Assembly: GCA_900234795.1 (NCBI GenBank)
Contig: LT962688.1
Coordinates: 5,220,001-5,252,000, forward strand
Reading direction: 5' to 3'
Source of the DNA: Methylorubrum extorquens
Lineage (GTDB): Bacteria > Pseudomonadota > Alphaproteobacteria > Rhizobiales > Beijerinckiaceae
DNA length: 32,000 nt
This document shows positions 1 to 8,602 of this stretch, one piece after another. How positions within the stretch are numbered: position 1 is the first letter of the stretch; the number at the start of each line of letters is the position of its first letter. The position numbers and the translations under genes are program-made. Below the pieces are notes generated by a model, which worked only from the letters and a program-made list of their open reading frames with translations, was not told the origin of the DNA and did no database searches.

Positions 1-504
1 GTCGAGCACCGCGCGGATGCCGATGCCGTAGCGCCCGAGCAGCCATGCCAGCAGGAAGAAGCGCGCCCCGCGGGTGATGACCGAGAGCAGCATGAACCAG
101 AACAGCGAGTAATGGGCGAAGCCCGAGGTGATGGTGACAAGCTTGTAGGGGATCGGGGTCAGGCCCTTCAGCAGGATCACCCAGTGCCCGTAGGTGGCGT
201 AGGAGGCCTGGAAGGTCTCGGCCTTGTCGGCGAGCCCGTAGAGATTGAACAGCCACACCCCGACCGAATCGAACAGCAGCGCGCCGATGGCGTAGCCGAG
301 CAGCCCCCCGAGCACCGAGGCGACAGTGGCGATGGTGGCGTAGAGCCAGACCCGGTCCGGCCGGCTCACCGCCATCGGCACCATCATCGCGTCCGGCGGT
401 ACCGGAAAGAACGAACTCTCGGCGAAGGCCACCGCTCCGAGCGCCCAGGGCGCGGACGGCTTGGCGGCGAGCGCGAGTATCCACTCGTAGAGCCGGCGGA
501 TCAT
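1..504 (-). CDS. DedA/YqaA-family inner membrane protein, partial (C-terminus lies beyond the left edge)
   Basis: Absent from the ORF track because it has no stop in the window. Hand translation of the minus strand from ATG 504-502 stays open to base 1 (168 codons): MIRRLYEWILALAAKPSAPWALGAVAFAESSFFPVPPDAMMVPMAVSRPDRVWLYA...LKGLTPIPYKLVTITSG. The ESSFFPVPPD and GLTPIPYK motifs are the DedA/SNARE-associated family signature. Confidence 0.85.
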   Translation of the reverse strand, partial: MIRRLYEWILALAAKPSAPWALGAVAFAESSFFPVPPDAMMVPMAVSRPDRVWLYATIATVASVLGGLLGYAIGALLFDSVGVWLFNLYGLADKAETFQASYATYGHWVILLKGLTPIPYKLVTITSGFAHYSLFWFMLLSVITRGARFFLLAWLLGRYGIGIRAVLD

Positions 505-714
505 GGGGCCTCGTTGGGGTGCGGGAAGCGGTGCCCTTTCAGCACAGATGCGCCACGGAGGCGAGGGCGGAGGCGCTTGACCGCAGGCAACCGCACCGCG
601 AGCGATGTCGTGAGCGCTTAGGGCGGGTTCGCGCTGGGCCTCCGTCCGCGGCCGCCCATATCTCCGAGGCCGGGGCGGCGAGCGCTGCGGATCGATGGGA
701 AACGGGTTCTGCCG

Positions 715-1941
715 ATGTCGCGCCGCGTTTTGATCACAGGGGCCAGCGTGGCCGGCAACGCCGCCGCGTTCTGGCTTGGACGTGCGGGCTTCGACGTCAC
801 CGTCGTCGAGCGCGCGGCCGAATTCCGCGGCGGCGGCCAGAACGTCGATGTGCGCGGTGTCGGGCGCGAGGTGATGCGGCGGATGGGCCTGGAGCGGGCG
901 GCTCTGGAATGCGGCACCGGCGAGGAGGGGACCGCTTGGATCGACGGACGGGGGCAGGTCGTCGCCCGCTTCGCCACGGCAGACATCGACGGGGACGGCC
1001 CCACCGCCGAGATGGAGGTCTTGCGCGGCGATCTGGCCCACCTGCTCTACGAGGCGGCCCGCCCGCACGCCGCTTTTCGCTTCGGCGACCGCGTGAAGCG
1101 CATCGAGCAAGACGCGGAGGGCGCCACGGTCGGCTTTGCCGGTGGACGGACCGAGCGCTACGACGCCGTGATCGTCGCCGAGGGCGTCGGATCCTCGACC
1201 CGCGAAAGCGTCTTCCCCGGGGAGAACGATCCGCGCTGGATGGACCTGACGATCGCCTATCTCACGATACCCAGAACCGCGGACGACGACCGGATGTGGC
1301 GCTGGTACAATGCCACGGAGGGCCGGGGCGTATCTCTGCGCCCGGATCGCCACGGCACGACGCGGGCGATGCTGATGATCCAGCAACCGCCGGGCGACGA
1401 GCAGGACTGGGCGCCCGACCGGCAGAAGGCCTTCCTGCGCACGCGGTTCGCGGATGCCGGCTGGGAGGCACCGCGCGTGCTCGCCGCTCTGGACGAAACC
1501 GACGATTTCTACTTCGACGTTCTGCGACAGGTGCGAATGAAAACCTGGTCGAAGGGACGTGTCGTCCTGACGGGCGATGCCGCGTGGTGCGTCACGCCGC
1601 TGGCCGGCATCGGCACCACTCTGGCGCTCACCGGGCCCTACGTTTTGGCCGGCGAGATGGCCCGCAATGGCGATGTCGTCGGCGCCTTCGCAGCCTATGA
1701 GCGGGCCATGCGCCCGATGGTGAGCAAGGCCCAGGGTGTCCCGAAGATCGCGCCGCGGTTGATGAACCCGCACAGCCGCCTCGGTATCCGCCTTCTGCAC
1801 ACCGCCCTGCAGGTCGCGAGCAATCCGAGCCTGCGTAACCTTGCCGCCCGGGCGTTCGCCCGGGCGCCCGTGGAGCCGGATCTGTCACCCTACCGGGCGA
1901 TGGAGACCGGCCGCCTCGAATCTCCGAGCCTGTCGCTTTGA
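715..1941 (+). CDS. FAD-dependent (class A flavoprotein type) monooxygenase/oxidoreductase
   Basis: 408-aa ORF. N-terminal dinucleotide-binding fold VLITGASVAGNAAAFWLGRAGFDVTVVER, then DAVIVAEGVGS and VVLTGDAAW (GD motif), as in PHBH-fold FAD monooxygenases. Substrate not inferable. Confidence 0.85.
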   Translation: MSRRVLITGASVAGNAAAFWLGRAGFDVTVVERAAEFRGGGQNVDVRGVGREVMRRMGLERAALECGTGEEGTAWIDGRGQVVARFATADIDGDGPTAEMEVLRGDLAHLLYEAARPHAAFRFGDRVKRIEQDAEGATVGFAGGRTERYDAVIVAEGVGSSTRESVFPGENDPRWMDLTIAYLTIPRTADDDRMWRWYNATEGRGVSLRPDRHGTTRAMLMIQQPPGDEQDWAPDRQKAFLRTRFADAGWEAPRVLAALDETDDFYFDVLRQVRMKTWSKGRVVLTGDAAWCVTPLAGIGTTLALTGPYVLAGEMARNGDVVGAFAAYERAMRPMVSKAQGVPKIAPRLMNPHSRLGIRLLHTALQVASNPSLRNLAARAFARAPVEPDLSPYRAMETGRLESPSLSL

Positions 1942-2089
1942 GTTACGCCGACGGGGCCTCGGCCCCTCACGCCGAGGCGCCGGGCGCATGCAGCGCCCCG
2001 AAGCATCCCGGTCCCGCCTGCAACCGGATCGTCCGGCAAAAATTCGCTCTGGCCCGGCGCCCCGGCTTGTGCCAAGAGGCGCGTGCGTC

Positions 2090-2174
2090 GCGGGTATGGC
2101 GGAATTGGTAGACGCGGGCGACTCAAAATCGCCAGCCGAAAGGCGTGGGGGTTCGATTCCCTCTACCCGCACCA
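2090..2174 (+). tRNA. tRNA-Leu (anticodon CAA), class II with long variable arm, CCA encoded
   Basis: Folded by hand. Acceptor GCGGGTA/TACCCGC. Anticodon stem GGCGA/TCGCC with loop CTCAAAA (CAA). Long variable arm AGCCGAAAGGCGT. T arm GGGGG-TTCGATT-CCCTC. 3' ACCA. 85 nt. Confidence 0.93.
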
Positions 2175-2193
2175 GCCCTCCCAACGGAAGCGA

Positions 2194-3105
2194 TCACGGC
2201 AGCGTCGGCTCGGCGGTGAGACGCGCGCGGATCGCGGCGCCGTCCCGGCCCGGCGGAGCTCCGAACAGACGGCGATAGTCGCGACTGAACTGCGACGGGC
2301 TCTCGTAGCCGATGGCGTAGCCCACGCCTGCCACGTCTCCGGCGGCGAGCAGCAGGCGGCGCGCCTCGTGCAGCCGGACCTGCTTCTGAAACTGGACCGG
2401 CGTCATCGTCGTCACCGCCTTGAAATGACGGTGGAAGCTCGCGGGGCTCATACGCGCCAACGCCGCCAGATCGGCCACGCGCAGGGTTTCGGCATAGTGC
2501 TCGCGAATCCAGGCCGTCGCCCGGCCGATCCGCGCGGCGTGGCTCTCGGGCAGGCCGACCTGCCGCAGGGCCGGGCCGAGCGGGCCACCGAGCAGGCGCC
2601 AGACAATTTCCCGCCCGATCAGCGGTGCCAGCACCGGCAGGTCGCGCGGGTGATCGAGCAGGGTCAGGAGGCGCGCGAGAGGATTGCACAGGTCGGGGTC
2701 GAGCGTGACGGTGCGCAGCGGCGCGAAAGCCGGGGCGGGCGCGGCTTCCTCCGCAAGGGTCTCCGCCTGGGCGCTGAGCAGGTCGGCCAGGGCGTCGAGA
2801 TCGATCGCGAGGCTGAGCGCGAGATAGGGCCGCGCCGAGCTCGCCTCGGTGATCCGGGCCGTGACGGCGAGATCGAGCGAGGCGAACAGCGCTTGGCCCG
2901 CGGCGTAGCGGAAGCCGGTTTCCCCGAGCAGCGTCGCCTTGGCGCCCTGCGCCACGACGCAGAAGGAGGGGCGGTAGACCGAGCGGATCGGCCCGCTCGG
3001 CGTCTCGGCGCGGTTGAGGAGCAGCCCGTCAGTCGGTGTCTCCCGGCCGAAGCGATGCCATTGCCGTTCGATCAGCGCCGCAAGGCCGGAAAGGTCGGTC
3101 GTCAT
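2194..3105 (-). CDS. AraC-family transcriptional regulator
   Basis: 303-aa ORF with a C-terminal double helix-turn-helix: LRVADLAALARMSPASFHRHFKAVTTMTPVQFQKQVRLHEARRLL...VGYAIGYESPSQFSRDYRRLFGAPP. Divergent from the aldo/keto reductase gene. Confidence 0.9.
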   Translation of the reverse strand: MTTDLSGLAALIERQWHRFGRETPTDGLLLNRAETPSGPIRSVYRPSFCVVAQGAKATLLGETGFRYAAGQALFASLDLAVTARITEASSARPYLALSLAIDLDALADLLSAQAETLAEEAAPAPAFAPLRTVTLDPDLCNPLARLLTLLDHPRDLPVLAPLIGREIVWRLLGGPLGPALRQVGLPESHAARIGRATAWIREHYAETLRVADLAALARMSPASFHRHFKAVTTMTPVQFQKQVRLHEARRLLLAAGDVAGVGYAIGYESPSQFSRDYRRLFGAPPGRDGAAIRARLTAEPTLP

Positions 3106-3157
3106 GGGTGAGGATCCTAGAGCGCATTCCTTGTCCGCGCATCACGGGAGAGCGCCG

Positions 3158-3190
3158 TTGAGAGGATCGAGCAAGGGCTTGAGAGGATCG
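3158..3190. promoter_or_regulatory. Perfect 12-bp direct repeat (TTGAGAGGATCG x2, 21-bp period) in the AraC/AKR divergent promoter; candidate AraC-type binding sites
   Basis: TTGAGAGGATCG at 3158-3169 and again at 3179-3190, inside the 148-bp gap between the AraC start (3105) and the AKR start (3254). Function is inferred only. Confidence 0.4.
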
Positions 3191-3253
3191 GCCGTGCACG
3201 CGACGCTGCGGACGCCGTAACAGGGGCCGTCCCTTCCAGACGGAGATCTCTCC

Positions 3254-4270
3254 ATGCGCATGCGCCCTCTCGGCCGGAGCGGCCTGTTCGTGTCCGAACT
3301 CTGCCTCGGCACCATGACCTTCGGCGGAAGCGAGGGTTTCTGGGGCCAGATCGGCCGGCTCGGCCAGGACGAGGCCGACACCCTCGTGAAGACCGCGTTG
3401 GACGCCGGCATCAACTTCATCGACACCGCCAACGTCTACGCGGGCGGGATGAGCGAGCACATCCTCGGCCAGTCGCTCAAGAATCTCGGCATTCCCCGCG
3501 ACGACGTGGTGGTCGCCACCAAGGTGCTGGGTCCGATGGGCGAGGGCCCGAATGCCCGCGGCGCCTCGCGAGGGCACATCCTCAGCCAGTGCAAGGCGAG
3601 TCTGGCCCGGCTCGGCCTCGACCATATCGACCTCTACCAGATCCACGGCTTCGACCCGGCGACCCCGATCGCGGAGACGCTGGAGGCGCTCGACACCCTC
3701 GTGCGTCACGGCCATGTCCGCTACCTCGGCCTGTCGAACTGGGCGGCGTGGCAGGTGATGAAGGCGATCGGCATCGCCGAGATGCGCCGGCTCGCGCCCA
3801 TCGTCTCGCTTCAGGCCTACTACACCCTGGTCGGGCGCGACCTGGAGCGCGAGATCGCGCCGATGCTGACCGCCGAGGGCGTGGGTCTGATGGTGTGGAG
3901 CCCGCTCGCCGGCGGCTACCTCTCGGGCAAGTATGACGGCGAGGGCGCGGCGGCGGATGGGCGGCGCACCACCTTCGATTTCCCGCCGGTCGATCGGACC
4001 CGCGGCGCCGTCACGCTCGATGCCATGCGCGGAATCGCCGAGGCGAGAGGGTGCAGCGTGGCGCAGGTGGCGCTCGCGTGGCTTCTCCACCGGGACGTGG
4101 TCACCAGCGTCATCGTCGGCGCCAAGCGCGTCGGGCAGCTCGAGGACAACATCGCCGCAACGCGGGTGCGGCTCGACGCCGACGACCTCGCCCGGCTCGA
4201 CGCGGCCACCCGGCTGCCCCCGGAATATCCCGGCTGGATGCTGGAGCGCCAGGGCGCCTACCGGGCCTGA
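3254..4270 (+). CDS. aldo/keto reductase family oxidoreductase
   Basis: 338-aa ORF: MRMRPLGRSGLFVSELCLGTMTFGG, INFIDTANVYAGG (Asp/Tyr), VVVATKV (Lys), DLYQIHGFD (His), C-terminal VIVGAKRVGQLEDN. Typical AKR layout. Confidence 0.92.
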   Translation: MRMRPLGRSGLFVSELCLGTMTFGGSEGFWGQIGRLGQDEADTLVKTALDAGINFIDTANVYAGGMSEHILGQSLKNLGIPRDDVVVATKVLGPMGEGPNARGASRGHILSQCKASLARLGLDHIDLYQIHGFDPATPIAETLEALDTLVRHGHVRYLGLSNWAAWQVMKAIGIAEMRRLAPIVSLQAYYTLVGRDLEREIAPMLTAEGVGLMVWSPLAGGYLSGKYDGEGAAADGRRTTFDFPPVDRTRGAVTLDAMRGIAEARGCSVAQVALAWLLHRDVVTSVIVGAKRVGQLEDNIAATRVRLDADDLARLDAATRLPPEYPGWMLERQGAYRA

Positions 4271-4271
4271 T

Positions 4272-4314
4272 CGAGAGCATCGTCCTGGATAGCTGATCCA
4301 GGACGATGCTCTCG
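4272..4314 (+). terminator. Intrinsic terminator: 19-bp perfect stem, 5-nt loop, T-rich tail
   Basis: CGAGAGCATCGTCCTGGAT (4272-4290), loop AGCTG, ATCCAGGACGATGCTCTCG (4296-4314). Starts 2 nt after the AKR stop and is followed by cttattttcgcatcatctttttt. A second smaller hairpin, CCGAAAG(4341-4347)/CTTTCGG(4359-4365), lies before the convergent amidotransferase stop. Confidence 0.7.
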
Positions 4315-4374
4315 GCACTTATTTTCGCATCATCTTTTTTCCGAAAGCCGGCAGCCACCTTTCGGGACGATGCA

Positions 4375-5067
4375 CTAGTCCCGCAGGAAGCGCCGGATCC
4401 AGCCGGCTACGCGCGCGCTGTCATGCGGCGCTTCCAGCGACGCCAAAGCCGCCGGCACCAGGGCCGGGTCGCTCGCCCCGGCCCGGTGTCCGTCGGTGAG
4501 CGCACGGGCATAGTCCGGCGCGAATTCCGGGTGGCACTGGAAGGAGAGGGCGGGGCGGTCGCTCCAGGCCAGCACGCCGTAGGGCGTGAAGGTGCTACCC
4601 GCGAGCACCCGCGCGCCGGGCGGCAGGGCCACGACCTGATCCTGATGGCTCACCGGGATGGCGATCGTCTCCGCGTCGTCCATGAAGGGCGCGCGCTCCG
4701 CTACCGCGTAGGCGTGGAGCCCGAGGCCCCAGCCGCGCTGTGACCGCTCCACCCGCCCGCCGAAGGCCTGCGCCAGGGCCTGATGTCCGAAGCAGAGGCC
4801 GACGAGCTTCTTCGAGCGATCGAGGCCGCGCAGGAAGGCGAGCAGATCCTCGACCCAAGGGGTCGCGTCATAGACCGAGGCGGGCGAGCCGGTGATGACG
4901 AAGGCGTCGAACGCCTCCGGCGCCTCGGGCCAGTGGCCGGCCGTCACGTCGAAGCCAGTGAAGGCGTGGCCATCGCCGATCAGCGCCTCCACCATCGCGC
5001 CGTAGGAGGGAAAGCGCCCGCCCAGCCGCTCGGGCGGGTGGCCGGTCTCGAGGATGGCGATGTTCAT
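4375..5067 (-). CDS. class I (type 1) glutamine amidotransferase, GMP-synthase-like stand-alone domain
   Basis: 230-aa ORF. Nucleophile elbow LVGLCFGHQALAQAFGG and the His/Glu pair in SFQCHPEF. Confidence 0.88.
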   Translation of the reverse strand: MNIAILETGHPPERLGGRFPSYGAMVEALIGDGHAFTGFDVTAGHWPEAPEAFDAFVITGSPASVYDATPWVEDLLAFLRGLDRSKKLVGLCFGHQALAQAFGGRVERSQRGWGLGLHAYAVAERAPFMDDAETIAIPVSHQDQVVALPPGARVLAGSTFTPYGVLAWSDRPALSFQCHPEFAPDYARALTDGHRAGASDPALVPAALASLEAPHDSARVAGWIRRFLRD

Positions 5068-5681
5068 CGGGTCGAATCCAGGATGAGAACCCAGTCAGCT
5101 TGACTGCGTAAAGGGCTGTTGAGGGGGGATGCGGAAGTTGACCCATCGCCCGCAAGCGGACGTTCCGTTTCCGACACATGCCAGCCGCCCGCACCGCTCT
5201 CGGCGCTTCCCGAAAGCGGTTGTTCGTTTGCCGCCCGGCAACTTCGGCTCGGGGCGGGAAACGGGAGGCATACGTTAGCGTTCGAGTGTTTGGCTGCGGT
5301 CCCGACAGAAACCGAGGGAGGTCGGCATCATCGATCGCTCAATCCTCCTGCAAACATCGCCACCGATACGGCAAGGTTCGTGGCGTTTGGGCGGGCAGTC
5401 TCCGCGGGCACCATGGCGTCCCATGGAGGCCGGCTCCGATGACTTCCTATCGATTTGGTCGACAACGAAGCTCCTCCTCCGACACCTTGGAGGAATCGTC
5501 ACTGCATCACTGGCAGAGATCATCCGATGGGCATGCGGGCTCGCTTCATCCTCGGAGGCTTGGGCCAGCCGTCAGCTCAACAGTTCTGCGACGCGGGAAT
5601 GGGATCTACCGAGTGTGCACTCTCTGAGGGCGGTCGCCGGGGATCTACCCGCAGGCTGAACTGGGATTATCCAGCTCTAGT

Positions 5682-6032
5682 TCAGCGATCTTCGCGGGTA
5701 ACGTCCTTTGCCAAGGCTGCACTCTCCCGCTTGAGCGGACGGCTTGTTGGGCATGCTTCCTGCGCAAAGCCATGCAGGGCGTTGATCAAACTGTCCGGCG
5801 TCTGTCGGTAGAAGATGAACTGCCCGCGGCGCTCGCTTTCTACCAGCCCGGCCGCCTCGAGGATCGACAAATGCTGGGAGATGGATGCCTTCGACATGGC
5901 GAAACGCGCAGCGATATCGCCAGCGTTGAGCTCGGTATGAGAGAGGTAGGCTAAAATCTGGCGCCGGACGGACGATGCCAGGGCTTCGAAGACGCGCTGC
6001 ATCGCAGGATGTTTAGTTGATGAGCTAACCAT
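5682..6032 (-). CDS. ArsR/SmtB-family transcriptional regulator without the canonical metal-binding cysteines
   Basis: Winged-HTH core RRQILAYLSHTELNAGDIAARFAMSKASISQHLSILEAAGLVESERRGQFIFYR. Where arsenic/metal sensors carry ELCVCDL, this protein has HTELNAGDI. The track starts the ORF at a TTG (6038); the ATG at 6032 is used here. The start is uncertain by a few codons. Confidence 0.88.
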   Translation of the reverse strand: MVSSSTKHPAMQRVFEALASSVRRQILAYLSHTELNAGDIAARFAMSKASISQHLSILEAAGLVESERRGQFIFYRQTPDSLINALHGFAQEACPTSRPLKRESAALAKDVTREDR

Positions 6033-6060
6033 TGACAAGTCGGAGTGATTCGTCGTTTAG

Positions 6061-6077
6061 GATATTTACTAAATATC
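6061..6077. promoter_or_regulatory. Perfect 8-1-8 palindrome GATATTTA-C-TAAATATC; candidate ArsR-type operator
   Basis: Read directly. It lies in the roughly 60-bp divergent gap between the ArsR start and the desaturase start, just upstream of the desaturase Shine-Dalgarno AAGGA (6079-6083). A TTGACA hexamer sits at 6032-6037. The local 60-nt line is 25/60 G+C. Confidence 0.5.
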
Positions 6078-6092
6078 TAAGGATGGGTGGCA

Positions 6093-7019
6093 ATGACCGA
6101 AGCGCCCCGATGCACCTCGACGACCCGCATGATCGCCGATGCCCACACGTCGGCAGCTGACGGTCACTTGGAATGGGCGCCGGCTAAGTCACTTTGGATC
6201 GGTGGCATGCTGGCTGCAGCCCTGCTGCTTGGCCCGATTTTCGTGACGCCCGGGGCTGTCGCGCTGTTCCTGGTGACGACCGTCATCACGCTCTGTGCAG
6301 GCCATTCGATCGGGATGCATCGGTTGCTGGTGCATCGCAGCTTCTCGGCAAAGCCCTGGGTCGAATATGTTTTGGTCTACCTGGGGACCTTGGTTGGAAT
6401 GGCAGGTCCGATCGGCATGGTCCGCCTCCATGACATGCGCGATTGGGCGCAGCGGCAGCCCGCTTGCCACGATCTCCACGCCAATCGACTTCCGCTCCTG
6501 CGTGACGCGGTGTTGCAGATGCACGCCCGACTCGTACTGACTCATCCCCCTCTGTTCGTTGTGGAGCCGAGGATCGCAGGTGACCGGATCTTTCGTTGGC
6601 TGGAAGCGAGCTGGATGCTGCAGCAACTGCCATGGGCCGTCCTGTTCTATGCGATAGGCGGGCTGCCGTGGTTGGTTTGGGGTATTCCGGTCCGGGTCGC
6701 CGTATCGTTGACCGGGCACTGGCTTGTCGTGCACTTGACCCATCGCCATGGACCCCAGGGCTGGGTGGTCGATGGTGAGTCCGTTCACGGACATGACTTA
6801 CCGGCAGCGGCCTGGCTCACCTTCGGCGAAGCTTGGCATTCAACGCATCACGCATGGCCGGAGTCGGCACGCCTTGGAACGGAACCAGGTCAAGCCGATC
6901 CAGGCTGGCGGCTGCTGCAAGGCCTGGAACGTCTCGGCCTCGTCTGGGATTTGAAGCAGCCCGGCGTTCTGCAACCTCGGCCCGGCGTTCGAAAGCTTCA
7001 GGGACCAACGACCTCGTAG
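6093..7019 (+). CDS. membrane fatty-acid (acyl-CoA Delta9-like) desaturase family protein, atypical second His box
   Basis: The track ORF is 6087..7019 (GTG). The ATG at 6093 sits 9 nt after AAGGA and is preferred. Box 1 HSIGMHRLLVHRSF and box 3 GEAWHSTHHAWP match the desaturase family. The expected HRxHH box reads LHDMRDW, with CHDLH 13 residues later. Hydrophobic segments flank the boxes. Confidence 0.8.
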   Translation: MTEAPRCTSTTRMIADAHTSAADGHLEWAPAKSLWIGGMLAAALLLGPIFVTPGAVALFLVTTVITLCAGHSIGMHRLLVHRSFSAKPWVEYVLVYLGTLVGMAGPIGMVRLHDMRDWAQRQPACHDLHANRLPLLRDAVLQMHARLVLTHPPLFVVEPRIAGDRIFRWLEASWMLQQLPWAVLFYAIGGLPWLVWGIPVRVAVSLTGHWLVVHLTHRHGPQGWVVDGESVHGHDLPAAAWLTFGEAWHSTHHAWPESARLGTEPGQADPGWRLLQGLERLGLVWDLKQPGVLQPRPGVRKLQGPTTS

Positions 7020-7030
7020 CGATTGGTTCG

Positions 7031-7054
7031 GACCGCTCCGGGGGAGGAGCGGTC
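7031..7054 (+). terminator. GC-rich hairpin after the desaturase stop
   Basis: GACCGCTCC (7031-7039), 6-nt loop, GGAGCGGTC (7046-7054), 12 nt after the stop. There is no T tract, so terminator function is uncertain. Confidence 0.4.
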
Positions 7055-7225
7055 GCGGACACGGCGTCTGCTTCAATGCCTTTTCGTGCGAAACCAGACT
7101 GGCGGAAATCCACCCAACTCAGCCATGGACGTCGCCTTGATCAAAGGCCGGGAAGCGGACCTTCTGAGGGGCCGCAACGGGTCGAGTGCGGCTCCTCGTA
7201 TGGTCAAGCTGGTTGTATCTCGAAC

Positions 7226-8602
7226 CTAGAGCGCCGGATCGTAGGCGGAAACCGTCGCCGGAGCCGCAGGCTTGGCCTTGAGCCGCACCAGCAGAACGGC
7301 CGCACTCATCACCGCGGCGAAGATCGCGAAGATCAGCGGGTTGTAGACGATGAGCGCTATGAGACAGACCACGGCCATGACGAGCGCGAAGGCCGGCGCG
7401 TAGGGGTAGAGCGGTGCCCAGTAGGGCCGGGCGAGGTCCGGCTCGCTGGCGCGCAGGCGGAACAGCGCGGCCATGCTCATCACGTACATGGTGAGGGCAC
7501 CGAACACCGCCATCGTCACGATGCTGGCGGTGAGCGACTGCCCAGCGACACTGATCAGGTTGTCGCTGTAGATCGCGGCGATGCCGACGATCCCGCCCGC
7601 CAGCGTCGACACGTGCGGCGTCTGAAAACGCGGATGCACCCGCGCGAACATGATGGGCAGGAAGCCGGCGCGGGCGAGCGCGAAGATCTGGCGGGCATAG
7701 CCCATGATGATGCCGTGGAACGAGGCGACGAGGCCGAACAGGCCGAGCCAGACCAGCATGTGCAGCCAGCCGCTCGACTCGCCCACCACCCGCTTCATCG
7801 CCTGGGGCAGGGGATCGTTGAGGTCGGACAGGCTTTTCCAATCCCCGGCGGCGCCGGCGAACAGCATCACCCCGAAGGCGAGTGCGGTCAGCGTCAGCAC
7901 GCCGGTGATGTAGGCGATGGGGATGGTGCGCTTGGGGTCTTTCGCTTCCTCCGCGGCCATGGCCACACCCTCGATGGCGAGGAAGAACCAGATCGCGAAG
8001 GGGATCGCGGCAAAGATGCCGCCGATGGCCGCCGGACCGAAGCTGTCCCCTCCGGCCCAGCCGCCAGCCGTGAAGTTGTCAAGACGGAAGGCCGGGGCGA
8101 CGACGCCCATGAAGACCAGAAGCTCGGCCACCGCCAGTACGGTGACGCACAGCTCGAAGGCGGCGGCGATGCGCACGCCGACGATGTTGAGGCCCATGAA
8201 CAGCAGGTAGGCGCCGAGCGCCGCGTGCTTGGGGTCGAGCCCCGGATACTGGACGTTGAGATAGGCGCCGATGGCGAGCGAGATCGCGGGGGGCGCGAAA
8301 ACGAACTCGATCAGCGTGGCGTAGCCGGCCACCGCCGCCCCCGTGGGACCGAAGGCCCGGAGCGCATAGGCGAAGGGGCCGCCCGCCTGCGGGATCGCGG
8401 TGGTGAGTTCGGTGAAGCTGAAGATGAAGGCCACATACATCGCGGCCACGCACAGGGTGGTGACGAGGAAGCCGAGGGTGCCTCCTTTCGCCCAGCCGTA
8501 GCTCCAGCCGAAATACTCGCCCGAGATCACGAGCCCGACGGCAATGCCCCAGAGATGGAAGGCGTTGAGGCTCTTGTCGAGCGTGGTCGAAGGCGTCGGC
8601 AT
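7226..8602 (-). CDS. APC-superfamily amino acid permease, ethanolamine-permease-like
   Basis: The N-terminal LNAFHLWGIAVGLVISGEYFGWSYGW motif and about 12 hydrophobic spans resemble the ethanolamine permease subfamily as I recall it. The track ORF extends to 8683, but that extension is Pro/Arg-rich. The ATG at 8602 (MPTPSTTLDKS) is preferred. Confidence 0.85.
   Translation of the reverse strand: MPTPSTTLDKSLNAFHLWGIAVGLVISGEYFGWSYGWAKGGTLGFLVTTLCVAAMYVAFIFSFTELTTAIPQAGGPFAYALRAFGPTGAAVAGYATLIEFVFAPPAISLAIGAYLNVQYPGLDPKHAALGAYLLFMGLNIVGVRIAAAFELCVTVLAVAELLVFMGVVAPAFRLDNFTAGGWAGGDSFGPAAIGGIFAAIPFAIWFFLAIEGVAMAAEEAKDPKRTIPIAYITGVLTLTALAFGVMLFAGAAGDWKSLSDLNDPLPQAMKRVVGESSGWLHMLVWLGLFGLVASFHGIIMGYARQIFALARAGFLPIMFARVHPRFQTPHVSTLAGGIVGIAAIYSDNLISVAGQSLTASIVTMAVFGALTMYVMSMAALFRLRASEPDLARPYWAPLYPYAPAFALVMAVVCLIALIVYNPLIFAIFAAVMSAAVLLVRLKAKPAAPATVSAYDPAL

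Noticed and set aside
2090-2174. tRNA-Leu as an attachment site for a genomic island.
   Set aside because: No integrase, recombinase or phage gene is adjacent. I did not find a second copy of the tRNA 3' end in the window. The AraC gene ends 19 nt downstream, and the G+C content is normal.
5178-5627. ORFs of 149 aa, 118 aa and 90 aa in the 5068-5681 spacer.
   Set aside because: They are Arg/Ser/Gly-rich, mutually overlapping, and have no SD or family motif. The region is reported as an unexplained spacer instead.
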